The position numbers and the translations under genes are program-made. The notes below the pieces were generated by a model that searched no databases, was not told the origin of the DNA, and saw only the letters and a list, made by a program, of their open reading frames with translations. Positions 40,472-50,535 of a stretch of 64,000 nt of DNA are shown one piece after another (positions within the stretch are counted from its first letter, which is position 1; each line of letters starts with the position of its first letter). This DNA comes from Candidatus Levyibacteriota bacterium (GTDB taxonomy: Bacteria; Patescibacteriota; Microgenomatia; Levybacterales; UBA12049): NCBI GenBank assembly GCA_963716145.1, contig OY970292.1:822528-886527 (forward strand), given 5' to 3'.

Positions 40472-41077
40472 ATGGCTAGATATACAGGACCAAAACATAA
40501 ATTAGCAAGACGTGAAGGAATTAATATTCTGGATAAGAATTCAGCATCTTTGATGCGAAGACTTAATCAGCCGCCAGGCGTGCACGCCGGAAAAAAGGGA
40601 AGAAGAAGAGCCTCAGAGTACGGGAACCAGCTTCGTGAGAAACAAAAAGCAAAAGTAATGTATGGTTTATTTGAAAAGCAGTTCAAGCAACTGGTTCAGG
40701 CTGTTTCAGAGCAAGTCGGAGATACCGAAGAGCTACTTCTTTCAACCCTTGAGAGACGACTGGATAATATTGTTTACCGGTTGGGTTTCTCAAAGTCCCG
40801 CATGATGGCGCGTCAAATCGTAGTCCACGGACACGTATTGGTAAACAACAAAAAAATGACAATCCCATCTTACACAGTCAAAGAAGGAGACGTGGTTTCA
40901 ATAAGTGAGATAATGCAAAAAAATCCGGATATTAAAAAACTATTTGAAGAGAAGACTGAAGCCCTTCCTTTTCTTGAGAAAAAAGGTCCGGCGGGAAAGT
41001 TAAAACGCATGCCAACAGCTGAGGATATCATGCCGCCTTTCAGTACAAGACAGATCATTGAATATTACTCAAGATAA
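40472..41077 (+). CDS. rpsD: 30S ribosomal protein S4
   Basis: 201 aa; MARYTGPKHKLARREG. Confidence 0.9.
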   Translation: MARYTGPKHKLARREGINILDKNSASLMRRLNQPPGVHAGKKGRRRASEYGNQLREKQKAKVMYGLFEKQFKQLVQAVSEQVGDTEELLLSTLERRLDNIVYRLGFSKSRMMARQIVVHGHVLVNNKKMTIPSYTVKEGDVVSISEIMQKNPDIKKLFEEKTEALPFLEKKGPAGKLKRMPTAEDIMPPFSTRQIIEYYSR

Positions 41078-41098
41078 TGGTACAATAGGTAGATTGTT

Positions 41099-42025
41099 AT
41101 GGATGAATACATTTTTAAAGTAAAAGAAATAAGCGCAACTTCTGATTTTGGAGAATTTGCAATTGAGCCCTTGGAACCAGGATATGGACACACAATGGGT
41201 AACAGTTTGCGCCGCGTTTTGTATACCACTATCCCAGGTGCTGCTGTGACCTCTGTCAGAATCAGCAATGTAAAGCACAAATTTTCAACTCTTCCGGGGC
41301 TTAAAGAAAATATTATTGATCTCCTGCTTAACATCAAAGAATTAAATTTCCGTATTGTAGGTAGTAAAACAAGTGAAACAATAAAACTTTCAGTCAAAGG
41401 TACTAAAAAAATTACTGCGAAAGATTTGGAATTAACAGAAGGAGTTGAGGTAGTAAATAAAGATCAATATATCGGTTCTCTTTCAGGGGACAAGTCAAAG
41501 TTGGAAATGGAACTGACAATTGAAAAAGGTATTGGTTACTCGCTTTCAGAAGAGAGAAAAGCTGCAGCGCTTGGTGCTATTACGATTGATGCAGTATTCA
41601 CACCAGTCAGAAGGGTTACGTATACAGTTGCCGCAACCCGTGTCGGACGCAGAACCGATCTTGATAAACTTATTCTTAAGATCTGGACCAACGGTAGTGT
41701 TAGCCCAACTGATGCGCTAAACGCAGCTTCGAAGATTTTGGCTTCCCATTTCCCCCAGGTTTATGAACCAAAGGCTCAGCCCGCAGCAGTCGAAGGACCA
41801 GCTTCCTCATCCACAATTCCGCAAAGCACTCTTAAGACAACAATTGATGAATTAGATCTCCCGACAAGAATTTATAATAGTTTAAGAAACGGTGGAGTTG
41901 AGACAATCGAGCAGCTTTTGGCTGTTCCACGCAAAGATTTGGTCAGCATGCGCAACATGGGTGGAAAGTCCATTTCTGTGATTGAGGAAAAACTTAAAGA
42001 AAAAGGTGTTACATTATCTGCCTAA
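41099..42025 (+). CDS. rpoA: DNA-directed RNA polymerase subunit alpha
   Basis: 308 aa; N-terminal dimerisation domain and C-terminal domain patterns. Confidence 0.95.
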   Translation: MDEYIFKVKEISATSDFGEFAIEPLEPGYGHTMGNSLRRVLYTTIPGAAVTSVRISNVKHKFSTLPGLKENIIDLLLNIKELNFRIVGSKTSETIKLSVKGTKKITAKDLELTEGVEVVNKDQYIGSLSGDKSKLEMELTIEKGIGYSLSEERKAAALGAITIDAVFTPVRRVTYTVAATRVGRRTDLDKLILKIWTNGSVSPTDALNAASKILASHFPQVYEPKAQPAAVEGPASSSTIPQSTLKTTIDELDLPTRIYNSLRNGGVETIEQLLAVPRKDLVSMRNMGGKSISVIEEKLKEKGVTLSA

Positions 42026-42158
42026 GTAAGTCCTAAATTCTAATATCGAAATACTAAACAAATCCAAATTCTAAAATTAAATAAAGTTTTAGATTTGTAA
42101 TTAGGATTTTAAAAATTGTTTAGGATTTGGAATTTAGTGTTTGGGATTTTTATTTATT

Positions 42159-42740
42159 ATGAAGAAGCATGTTTTCGGCCGAAAATTTAAGAGAGACGCC
42201 AATGAGCGAAAAGCCTTATTTAAAAACCTGCTTACATCTCTTGTTTTGGAAGAACGCATCAAGACAACCGAGGCAAAAGCAAAGGCTATCAAGGGTGCAG
42301 CGGATAAGTTAATCACAAAAGCCAAAAAAGAGGGAGTTAATGTTTACAAAAGTCTGCACCCAGACATAAATCAGGAGGCAGTCCTTAAATTAATGTCCGA
42401 GATTGCCCCGCGTTTTGCAGGAAGACAGGGAGGATATACTAGAATTATAAAGGTTGGGAAAAGACGCGTCGCGGACAACGCGGAAATGGTGTATTTGGAG
42501 TGGACGGAACGGAGTTCAGAAGTAAGAGTTAAGAATTCAGAATTGCCGAAAAAAGCTAAGAAAAACAAGCCGGCTTCGTCAAAGAAAGCTACGGAAAAGG
42601 TTAAGAAGGTAACTAAAATAGAAGCGCCCGCGCCAAACGCGGTTATTGCAAAACCTGTAATAGGTAAAAAAGTTGAGGAAAAAGTTCAAAAGCAAGGAAT
42701 ATTCAAAAGGTTGGTAACAAGACAGAAAAAAGGACAATAG
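42159..42740 (+). CDS. rplQ: 50S ribosomal protein L17 with Lys-rich C-terminal extension
   Basis: MKKHVFGRKFKRDANERKALFKNLLTSLVLEERIKTT... Confidence 0.85.
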   Translation: MKKHVFGRKFKRDANERKALFKNLLTSLVLEERIKTTEAKAKAIKGAADKLITKAKKEGVNVYKSLHPDINQEAVLKLMSEIAPRFAGRQGGYTRIIKVGKRRVADNAEMVYLEWTERSSEVRVKNSELPKKAKKNKPASSKKATEKVKKVTKIEAPAPNAVIAKPVIGKKVEEKVQKQGIFKRLVTRQKKGQ

Positions 42741-42766
42741 TTCGGCAAGCTCACTATAAATAAAAT

Positions 42767-43207
42767 ATGAATCAAGCAAGTATAACAACAGCTACAAAAG
42801 TATCGGATATTAAGCGTTCATGGCACTTTGTTGATGTAAAAGGTAAGGTGTTAGGGCGTATTTCGACCGACATAGCAAAGCTTTTGATGGGCAAGAACGA
42901 AGCCTATTTTGTACGCAATCTTGATTGCGGAAATTTTGTGGTGGTTGTCAACGCAAAGGACATTAAAGTAACAGGCAACAAAGAAGAACAGAAAAATTAT
43001 TACAGACACTCAGGATATCCGGGAGGTTTTAGGCAGGAGACACTTCAGGAACTAAGAGTGCGAAAGCCTGAAGAAATTGTAATTCGTGCCGTAAAAGGAA
43101 TGCTTCCGCAAAACAAATTGCGAGACAAAATGCTAAAAAGACTTTTTGTTTTTGCAGGCGAAGAACACAAGTATGCTGATAAATTTGGAAAAAACGTATC
43201 AGCATAA
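42767..43207 (+). CDS. rplM: 50S ribosomal protein L13
   Basis: 146 aa typical uL13. Confidence 0.9.
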   Translation: MNQASITTATKVSDIKRSWHFVDVKGKVLGRISTDIAKLLMGKNEAYFVRNLDCGNFVVVVNAKDIKVTGNKEEQKNYYRHSGYPGGFRQETLQELRVRKPEEIVIRAVKGMLPQNKLRDKMLKRLFVFAGEEHKYADKFGKNVSA

Positions 43208-43275
43208 TTTTCAATTTGAAATTTTCAATTTTCAGTGAATTTTTCAAATTAAGAATTAAAAATTAAATTAATACT

Positions 43276-43761
43276 ATGGAAGAAAATAATAAAGATCAAG
43301 TAAAGGTTAGTAAAAAGTCTCAAAAAAAGGATTATGTTTCTGCAGTTGGAAGGCGTAAGTCAGCTGTCGCCCGAGCAAGATTGTATGAACATGTCAAGGC
43401 TGATCTGATGTTTGGTAATACGCCTGTGAAAAAAGGTGAAATGCTGGTGAATGAACATCTAATTGCTGAATATTTTCCAAGTGAAGTGCAGAGAAAACTT
43501 TACACCGAACCAATGCGCCTCACCAATACTCATCAGCAAAATTACGCTGTTACAATCAGAGTTACAGGTGGTGGAAAAAGCGGACAATTGGACGCGGTAA
43601 TTGCCGCAATTTCAAACGTTTTGAATAAATTGGATAGGGACAAACACCGCCCGATTCTTAAGAAAAAAGGACTTTTAACCAGAGATTCCCGTATAAGGCA
43701 AAGAAGAAAAGTAGGCATGGGTGGAAAATCAAGAAGAAAACTCCAATCCCCAAAGAGATAA
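43276..43761 (+). CDS. rpsI: 30S ribosomal protein S9 with N-terminal extension
   Basis: 161 aa; C-terminus ...GGKSRRKLQSPKR. Confidence 0.9.
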   Translation: MEENNKDQVKVSKKSQKKDYVSAVGRRKSAVARARLYEHVKADLMFGNTPVKKGEMLVNEHLIAEYFPSEVQRKLYTEPMRLTNTHQQNYAVTIRVTGGGKSGQLDAVIAAISNVLNKLDRDKHRPILKKKGLLTRDSRIRQRRKVGMGGKSRRKLQSPKR

Positions 43762-43779
43762 GAAAGATTTTTGAAACTT

Positions 43780-44970
43780 CTAGTGCCCCGGCTTAATTGA
43801 CATTGCAGCCCCAATAACTAAAGCCCCGGCAAGAGCTGCAAGAAGCGCGGCAAGGCCCAAAGGTGCACCTCCGACGATAGCACTGCCTTTGAGAGCCTTG
43901 AGAGTATTTGTTTTCCATCTTGCTCTTTCTTCAGCATCCATGCCTTTAGTCTGTTCCTCAAGCATTTTGTCAACAATACCGCTTAGATCGCCTTTACGGA
44001 CTGATTCCAATAAGGCTTGGGCTGCTTCTGAGTCAAACTCACCGTTTTGTATTTGGTCAAATAAGCCATCAAAAGGTGTTTCTCCTTTTGCTTCAGCTTC
44101 AGAAAATAGCTTATAGGCATTGCCCAAAACTGCTTGCTCAGCTTGTGCTGCTTCCAGCCTTTGTTGAGCTGTAGCATTATTGTTATCAATCTTTAATGTT
44201 GCTTCTAGATTCGCGATCTCGGCACTAAGCTTATCGGATTGTTGAGCAAACGCTTCTTTACTTCCGCCGAGAACCGTTACTGCTTCCTGAAAATCATCTT
44301 TTGTCAGGACAACTTTTCCATCCAAGTTTTCTAACAATTTTGTTGCTTGAGGTGAACGGGTTGTTTCGTCAGGAGAGATGGAGCTTATAAGAGATCTGAT
44401 ATCATCAGCTGTGGGGATGCGGTTCTTGGCAGCATTTTCTATCGCCGGATCAAGACTTTCATCCATATCCCGATTGCCCATACAAGCTTGGAATACCTGC
44501 TGACTGTCTTCGCCTACAAAAAGTTTTGCATATGTATTCAGCTCTGCCTGCATTTGAAGACCAAGGACCTCTTCTCTAGTATAGGCAAGTTTTAGGCGTG
44601 CATCGCCTTGTTCATCTTTACCTGCGCTATCCTCAAGCACCTCTCCATCCTTATCTTCAAAGTAACATAGCAGTTGACCATCAGGTGTAACACCTGCAAT
44701 ACCAGCTAAGCGGATTTCTCCTTCCGGAAATTCCTGGTCTTTGCCACCCCTATCTTGTCTTATGACTGCCGGCATCATTACGTCATGTCCATCGCCGGTT
44801 GCTTTGGGAAATTTTCTTGCAAATGGCTGATCGCCGTCATTCTCACCAGTAAGCAATGCGTGAGATATGGCAAGCGCAGATTCCTCAGCAGTTTTTGCGG
44901 ATTTAATCTCCCCTTTATCACCGATTAGCCTTTTGCGGTGTTCTGACATAAGAATCGACTTAACCAACAT
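43780..44970 (-). CDS. hypothetical tail-anchored protein (acidic, Ala/Glu/Gln-rich coiled-coil, C-terminal TM); may extend upstream to 45262 across poly-T/A indels
   Basis: 396 aa; C-terminus GSAIVGGAPLGLAALLAALAGALVIGAAMSI; upstream ORF 45056..45262 (MSAPGTAATETPGMNADELAAAKSFDAKKKGPKLKKKEKAKRKK) in another frame through T9/T10 runs; G+C visibly higher than flanks. Confidence 0.5.
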   Translation of the reverse strand: MLVKSILMSEHRKRLIGDKGEIKSAKTAEESALAISHALLTGENDGDQPFARKFPKATGDGHDVMMPAVIRQDRGGKDQEFPEGEIRLAGIAGVTPDGQLLCYFEDKDGEVLEDSAGKDEQGDARLKLAYTREEVLGLQMQAELNTYAKLFVGEDSQQVFQACMGNRDMDESLDPAIENAAKNRIPTADDIRSLISSISPDETTRSPQATKLLENLDGKVVLTKDDFQEAVTVLGGSKEAFAQQSDKLSAEIANLEATLKIDNNNATAQQRLEAAQAEQAVLGNAYKLFSEAEAKGETPFDGLFDQIQNGEFDSEAAQALLESVRKGDLSGIVDKMLEEQTKGMDAEERARWKTNTLKALKGSAIVGGAPLGLAALLAALAGALVIGAAMSIKPGH

Positions 44971-45316
44971 GGCTGCTTCTGTACCTCTTCTTTCAGCTGT
45001 CCTAGGAGTTCTTTCAGCTGTCTCCTCTTCTGTATCGCTGTAGCCTGCGCCTCTGTCAAGGTAGCAGCGGTTGCTGGATCTGGGGAGGGGGCATCTGCAG
45101 GTCTGCTAGCATCACTCCTAGTAGGTGGCCCTTTTTTCTTTTCGCCTTTTCCTTTTTTTTCAGTTTTGGGCCTTTTTTTTTGGCATCAAAGCTTTTGGCT
45201 GCAGCCAATTCGTCTGCGTTCATACCGGGTGTTTCTGTTGCTGCTGTTCCTGGTGCTGACATATTACTACTATCATAGTTGAAACTTTACCACCGATCAA
45301 GTATGATTTTAAGTAT

Positions 45317-48300
45317 ATGCTTGCAATGGAAAGCGGAGATAGTGGTGGCGGAAAATTGGGGCGGGCCACCGAACGGGCCAAAACTGCCATCAAATCAAAG
45401 TTTAGTAATAAATCTGATGCAGCTCCAAGTGATGCTCCAAAGCACCCGGCTCTTAATACAATTAAAGAGAGAATATCTCCTTTTTTACTCAGGGAGCAAA
45501 CAGGAACAGGTGAAACAACTCTTGATTGGCAGGGACGGGAAGTGCAAATTAAAGAGCGGACCGGCTCTATTGATCCCGAATTGGTCACTGATTTTTCTAA
45601 AAGCCTGAAAGGCGACCTGGAAAGATTGATGGATATTCAGCAAAATACACCGGACGTCTTTGATAGATTGATTAACGACCCGCATTTTCGCCCGTATAGA
45701 GATCTTTTTGATAAATATACAAGGCTTAAAGAAGGCTCAGCTGCGGTAGGCGGGCACGCGATCAGGGAATTTGATTCAACATCGTTTGATGACTACATGG
45801 GGACTGATGCTGGATTCGCGACTGCTTTTGAAATGCGGAAATTAAAACTTCAGGATATGGCAACCAACGCCGCGGTGTTTCTTGATGACAATCTTCCCAC
45901 GACAAATCCTGAGGAAATTGAAGAACAGGATGTCAATACAGGACCGGGAGGTAAGGCTAGGGAAATAGGTAGAAAGGTTGGGCATTTTTTTCAAGAACCG
46001 CGTACCAGATACGGACGAAAAATACCTATAGATTTGGGTATTACGACTCTGGACTCAAAAGGAGATATAGCAGCGGTCATAACTGCTGCAAGTACTTTCC
46101 TTGGGGGGTTGGGAGCACTGGGTGGCGGTCCCGTAGGAGGATTGATTGGAGCTGGTATTCCACCGGCTGTTGTGGGGGTAATACACGCCTTTCATAGGGG
46201 GGAGAGGGTTACTGTTGAGCAAGCAAGAGCCGCTTTACGTATTGCCCGAGCAACGGATCCTGTAAGACGGGAATGGGCCCGTGAGATGTATAACGTAGAC
46301 TCAAGCAATCTTGGAATTGATAACAACGGAAATGTAGTTATACGCCCAGGTATCAGAAATAACAGGCAGCTTGCCAGTCCGGCAAAACAGAGTGAGGTTT
46401 TGCGCGATATTTTGGTTCGGGAAAATGCACAAATCATGAAAGCTCAGGAAGCGATGGGTATACGCCGGGAACAACGCGGTGGAATGGATTTGGTGGGATT
46501 GACTCGCCCCGGGCGGAATGAGCAATTTGCCCAACGCGATATACCTATTGAGATAAGTGTACAGCGCGAATTTAAGCGGGACCCTAGGTTAGTTGATAGA
46601 AATGGTAACACCTGCCAATTTCAAAATGCACAAGGTGAGTGGGTGGATAACGCCAATTTTAATTGGCGGAATACAAACCGATTAGCAGCATGGGATCTGC
46701 GTCAAGAAATTCACAGAAGGCTCCTTTCAGAAAAGATAACAGGAGACTTTAATGATATTGCTGAATGGGGCAAAAATCACAATACGGATTTAGGCAGCGC
46801 AATCACAAAAGCAAAAGAGCGCGGACCATTGATACTTACGGAAAGAAAAGCGGCATTAAATGAGCAAGACCGGAATCTTACCGAGGATCAGCGTCGCTTA
46901 AGAGCAGAAATTCCGCCTTTTACAGAGCTGGATACTGTCTTAACTCAAGTAGCTGCTGCCAGAAGAGCTGCTGAACAGGCAAGGAGAAATGTTACACGGG
47001 TAACCGCTCACCCAACTGGATTAACTGATGAATTATCGCTTTTAACTCAAGTATTAAATGATGTTCCAGCAGGCGGAGCTGCTCCGTTTGAACTGGATGT
47101 TATGCATGAGGGGGTTCGCCTACGCATTACCAGTATTGCCGGAAGAGAAGCTGAAGCATTGAGGACTTACCAGAACGCAGTTAATACAATTTCCGGATCT
47201 GTGCCTACAGGAAAAGGAGCTGACCAAATTATCACTGCAAGACTAAAAATTGCTAAGGATATTTACGATCAGCAGATGATTCCAATTAATAGAGACAAAA
47301 CAGCTGTCACCGCAGCCCGGCAGGCCATAGATGCTGCAAATACCGCAGCGCGTGAAGTATTTAATAGGTTTAATACTCTTGATGCGCAAAGAGAAGCTAC
47401 AGCAACTACATCAACAGAGATGCAGACCGCAAGAACAACTATCGAAGGATGGACCACTCCCGGAGTTGCTGATTTAAGTACAGCAGAGTTACAAAATCAA
47501 TCTTTCGATGAGCTCTTGACCCGCATAAATGCGGTAAATGCAGGGGGTGGGGGTGGCTGGCCGGAAGCTGAGAATGATACTCCTGAGAACAGAGAACGTC
47601 TGGTACGTGCGATGGCTGAAGCAAGAGCTATAGCATTAGAGCCACGCGTGGCGACACCAAGCGCCAATTTCGAGGATGCGATTAATCCCAATGGTTTTGC
47701 ATTGCTCGAAACAGATTTGTTGACAAGATCATCTGAGGATATAAGAAATATAATGGCTGATTTGATTGCAAGGGCTCCAGCTGGATCACCTCTTAACGGT
47801 TTGGTCATTCCTGCGAATGCAATAGATCAAATAAATGAGATCAAAAATGAAGCACAAGCCCGCTTTACAGCCCGCTTAAGAGCCATGCAGGCACTTGACA
47901 GAGAGATTACCAGCAGAAAAACGATAATCGAAGGCCAGAAAACGCGTATTGATAGAGAGGGTATTCAAACTCCCGAACTTGATGCTATAGAGAGAGCATA
48001 TCCGCTGGTAGATGATATCAGGAGCACTATTGATGCTATGACTGTTGTACCGCGGCTTGTTGAGTTCCTTGATACAGCGCAGGCAGCCACCCAAGCCCGT
48101 TATTTACCTGAGGAGCAAGCAAATAACCATTCAATAGCCTATGCCAATATAATGGAGTTGATTTTTAATCACCGCGATGATAATGATGCGAAGGTCGGTA
48201 CAGTAACCGGTAGGGCAGTTGCTTTTGAAAGAAACAGTAATTTCCTGACAGAAGATGTGCTCCGAGATCTGCTGGTACAGCAGTTTAATTTAGTAGGTCC

Positions 48301-48472
48301 TCCTCTTCCAGCTGGAGTCGTTGGTCCGCCAGCCACTCCGACATTTGAGCAGGCAATAGATCAATTGCGTAACGAAATCCAAGCCGGAAACATACCAAAA
48401 GGGCAGTTCGCGCAATTCCTGACAGAAAACGTCATATATGGATATATGGAACCGCTTGTACCGGTGTTATAA
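45317..48472 (+). CDS. giant hypothetical protein (1051 aa), Ala/Arg/Gly/Thr-rich, mostly helical with one Gly-rich hydrophobic segment
   Basis: no recognisable catalytic motif; GLGALGGGPVGGLIGAGIPPAVVGVIHAF at about 270-300; codon and amino-acid usage unlike host genes (sampled G+C about 50-58 percent). Confidence 0.6.
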   Translation: MLAMESGDSGGGKLGRATERAKTAIKSKFSNKSDAAPSDAPKHPALNTIKERISPFLLREQTGTGETTLDWQGREVQIKERTGSIDPELVTDFSKSLKGDLERLMDIQQNTPDVFDRLINDPHFRPYRDLFDKYTRLKEGSAAVGGHAIREFDSTSFDDYMGTDAGFATAFEMRKLKLQDMATNAAVFLDDNLPTTNPEEIEEQDVNTGPGGKAREIGRKVGHFFQEPRTRYGRKIPIDLGITTLDSKGDIAAVITAASTFLGGLGALGGGPVGGLIGAGIPPAVVGVIHAFHRGERVTVEQARAALRIARATDPVRREWAREMYNVDSSNLGIDNNGNVVIRPGIRNNRQLASPAKQSEVLRDILVRENAQIMKAQEAMGIRREQRGGMDLVGLTRPGRNEQFAQRDIPIEISVQREFKRDPRLVDRNGNTCQFQNAQGEWVDNANFNWRNTNRLAAWDLRQEIHRRLLSEKITGDFNDIAEWGKNHNTDLGSAITKAKERGPLILTERKAALNEQDRNLTEDQRRLRAEIPPFTELDTVLTQVAAARRAAEQARRNVTRVTAHPTGLTDELSLLTQVLNDVPAGGAAPFELDVMHEGVRLRITSIAGREAEALRTYQNAVNTISGSVPTGKGADQIITARLKIAKDIYDQQMIPINRDKTAVTAARQAIDAANTAAREVFNRFNTLDAQREATATTSTEMQTARTTIEGWTTPGVADLSTAELQNQSFDELLTRINAVNAGGGGGWPEAENDTPENRERLVRAMAEARAIALEPRVATPSANFEDAINPNGFALLETDLLTRSSEDIRNIMADLIARAPAGSPLNGLVIPANAIDQINEIKNEAQARFTARLRAMQALDREITSRKTIIEGQKTRIDREGIQTPELDAIERAYPLVDDIRSTIDAMTVVPRLVEFLDTAQAATQARYLPEEQANNHSIAYANIMELIFNHRDDNDAKVGTVTGRAVAFERNSNFLTEDVLRDLLVQQFNLVGPPLPAGVVGPPATPTFEQAIDQLRNEIQAGNIPKGQFAQFLTENVIYGYMEPLVPVL

Positions 48473-48478
48473 TAAATT

Positions 48479-48832
48479 ATGAACGCATTAGATATTATCA
48501 AGGCATTACCAATCGATGAGGTAGTAAAGACCAAAATCTTGAATAATTATGATTCTTTTACTGTGGCTCAGAAATCCGCAACCGATCATCTAGCATGGAC
48601 CACCTATGACGCTTTATATGAGGAGAGGCTTAGGAAAAATTTGGGAGTCCAGTATGATAACGTAGAACAAGGAGGAGAGAAATTTGGCAACGACTTTTAT
48701 AAAAGAGCACTTAAAAAAACGGAACGTGAAATGACAACTGAATTTAAGGAATCTGTTTCCAAGCATGATCTTTCTGCTGCGAGGAAGGCAATGGAAATAA
48801 TTGTTCGGGAAATTCAAGTCGCAAAAAAATAA
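48479..48832 (+). CDS. hypothetical protein (117 aa), operon partner of the giant protein
   Basis: starts 7 nt after the stop of 45317..48472. Confidence 0.4.
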   Translation: MNALDIIKALPIDEVVKTKILNNYDSFTVAQKSATDHLAWTTYDALYEERLRKNLGVQYDNVEQGGEKFGNDFYKRALKKTEREMTTEFKESVSKHDLSAARKAMEIIVREIQVAKK

Positions 48833-48850
48833 TTGGTTAGCTTATTTCTG

Positions 48851-49618
48851 CTACTGGTCCTCAATTCTTCCAATCTCTCTTACTTCTCTGATAGTTTCCT
48901 CGGGCTTGAGTTTGGTTGTATCGATGTTCTCACCTCTATAGAGGAGTAACATACCTTCAATGATTTCCTTGGCCTTTAGGGCATCAGCACGCCAGAGATG
49001 AGATACAAAGACCTTTTTAACCTTGAGCGGATGCGGTCCGTAATCAATGATCAGCTTTGCCATAAAAAGTGCTGTGTGAACCCGCACATCCATAATCTCT
49101 TTAAGCATAATGCTTGTCATGGCTTCCGTAGCAAAGAAACTCTTCAGGGTTATATCCACTTTGTTGGCGTCAATTGTCACGGTGTCGGGGAAAAAGTCAA
49201 AAGGAAAAACAGTTTTGGCTCTGAAAAGTATTTTATCAGCCCGCGATACGAGTATATCGAGCTCTTTTTTAGCTTGCTGTGAATCATCAGTTTCATTGGG
49301 TTCATTTTGTTGGTCACTTTCAGATTTACCGCTATCAGCTTTCTTCTGCTTTTTCTTTGATCCGCCGTCCATACCGCTTCTTTCAGAAGGTGTCATATAG
49401 GGATCTTCAGCTAGCATCTCGGCTCTTTTTGCAAGAGTCTCATCGCTTCGTTTCTCTTTGTAGCCTTTTTTAGTACCATTACCAGATTTTTTATCGGGAG
49501 GGCTGGGAGATTTTCTCCGAGCAGGTTGTTGTCGGCGTTTTGCGCCGTTTTGAAAAATTGGTGCTGCTGCCTCATCAAAAAGTATATTATTATCATTCAT
49601 GACTCCTAAGTATAGCAA
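48851..49618 (-). CDS. hypothetical protein with basic disordered N-terminus and conserved-looking C-terminal domain
   Basis: 255 aa; Lys/Ser-rich N-terminal 120 aa. Confidence 0.45.
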   Translation of the reverse strand: MLYLGVMNDNNILFDEAAAPIFQNGAKRRQQPARRKSPSPPDKKSGNGTKKGYKEKRSDETLAKRAEMLAEDPYMTPSERSGMDGGSKKKQKKADSGKSESDQQNEPNETDDSQQAKKELDILVSRADKILFRAKTVFPFDFFPDTVTIDANKVDITLKSFFATEAMTSIMLKEIMDVRVHTALFMAKLIIDYGPHPLKVKKVFVSHLWRADALKAKEIIEGMLLLYRGENIDTTKLKPEETIREVREIGRIEDQ

Positions 49619-49699
49619 TTTGAAGCAAAGAATTGAATAGAGATCGGTAAGAGAACTATAAGATAAAAGTTAGTTTCCTTCGACAGGCTCAGGACTTAG

Positions 49700-50524
49700 C
49701 TAATTTAAAATATAAAGATCCTGGTTATATCCGCCAACTGCCACAAATTCCGCTTCATGAGTGATAATGGCCTCAAAGGGAAGGCAGGCAAAGCAGCCGC
49801 CCTTTGGACAGATGTATTCTCCAGCAAGCCTTGCCTGTTTTACTCTTAAGGCAGTTTCCAGGACTGTTTGAAAAGCAAGATCTTTATCAGGTAGTTTCAT
49901 CTCAGTGGGTGTATCATCCCGGTCCAAATACCAATAGCTGGCTTTACTGACCAATCTGCTCTGGCAATTTTCAACCAGAAGTAAATAAATAGGAAGTTGG
50001 AGGGAATTGACCTTTTCATCATTTTTACCTGTTTTGAAATCGATTATGTGAAGAGTATTATCAGGCATATACTCAAGCCAGTCAATCTTACCGCAAAGTA
50101 TTATATTATCCGCTACAGATAAATAATAATTTGGCAGTTCTTTATTGATTTTAATAGCTTTTTGAATTAGTGGGCCAGGGTTATCAATAACCCGCTTTAA
50201 CATTTGTACGCCCCGTTCTTTTATTGCATGCTCTTCCTCTTTGTTCTTAAAACCTCCAAGTTTGCCGGTTACTTTTTCCCAAGATAAGTTATATTTATCA
50301 ACAAGCGGCTCTTTAAAGCGGTCCTCAACCCGTAGAGTAGATAATGCTTCAAGCACAACGTGCACTGTTTGTCCAAGAGCAAGCGAGGGATTTATGATAT
50401 TCACTTTGTGTCCCGTTTGCGGGTCTTTGTAAACATTTCTAAGGTAATAAAGCCTCGGACAAGAAAGAAAATCACTGATGGATGAGTTAGATACCCAGAC
50501 CGCGCTATATTTATCTTGGGGCAT
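49700..50524 (-). CDS. Cas4/RecB-like PD-(D/E)xK nuclease with Cys4 Fe-S motif (stand-alone)
   Basis: 274 aa; GKIDWLEY...HIIDFKTGK (D...D/ExK); one N-terminal Cys (DFLSCPRLYY) plus CPKGGCFAC at the C-terminus, as in Cas4/AddB Fe-S nucleases. Confidence 0.6.
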   Translation of the reverse strand: MPQDKYSAVWVSNSSISDFLSCPRLYYLRNVYKDPQTGHKVNIINPSLALGQTVHVVLEALSTLRVEDRFKEPLVDKYNLSWEKVTGKLGGFKNKEEEHAIKERGVQMLKRVIDNPGPLIQKAIKINKELPNYYLSVADNIILCGKIDWLEYMPDNTLHIIDFKTGKNDEKVNSLQLPIYLLLVENCQSRLVSKASYWYLDRDDTPTEMKLPDKDLAFQTVLETALRVKQARLAGEYICPKGGCFACLPFEAIITHEAEFVAVGGYNQDLYILN

Positions 50525-50535
50525 AAAAGCGGGGT

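Noticed and set aside
43780-50524. Prophage interpretation of the high-G+C segment
   Set aside because: No integrase, terminase, portal or capsid candidates, and no flanking direct repeats were identified by eye. Tape-measure-like and Cas4-like features alone are insufficient
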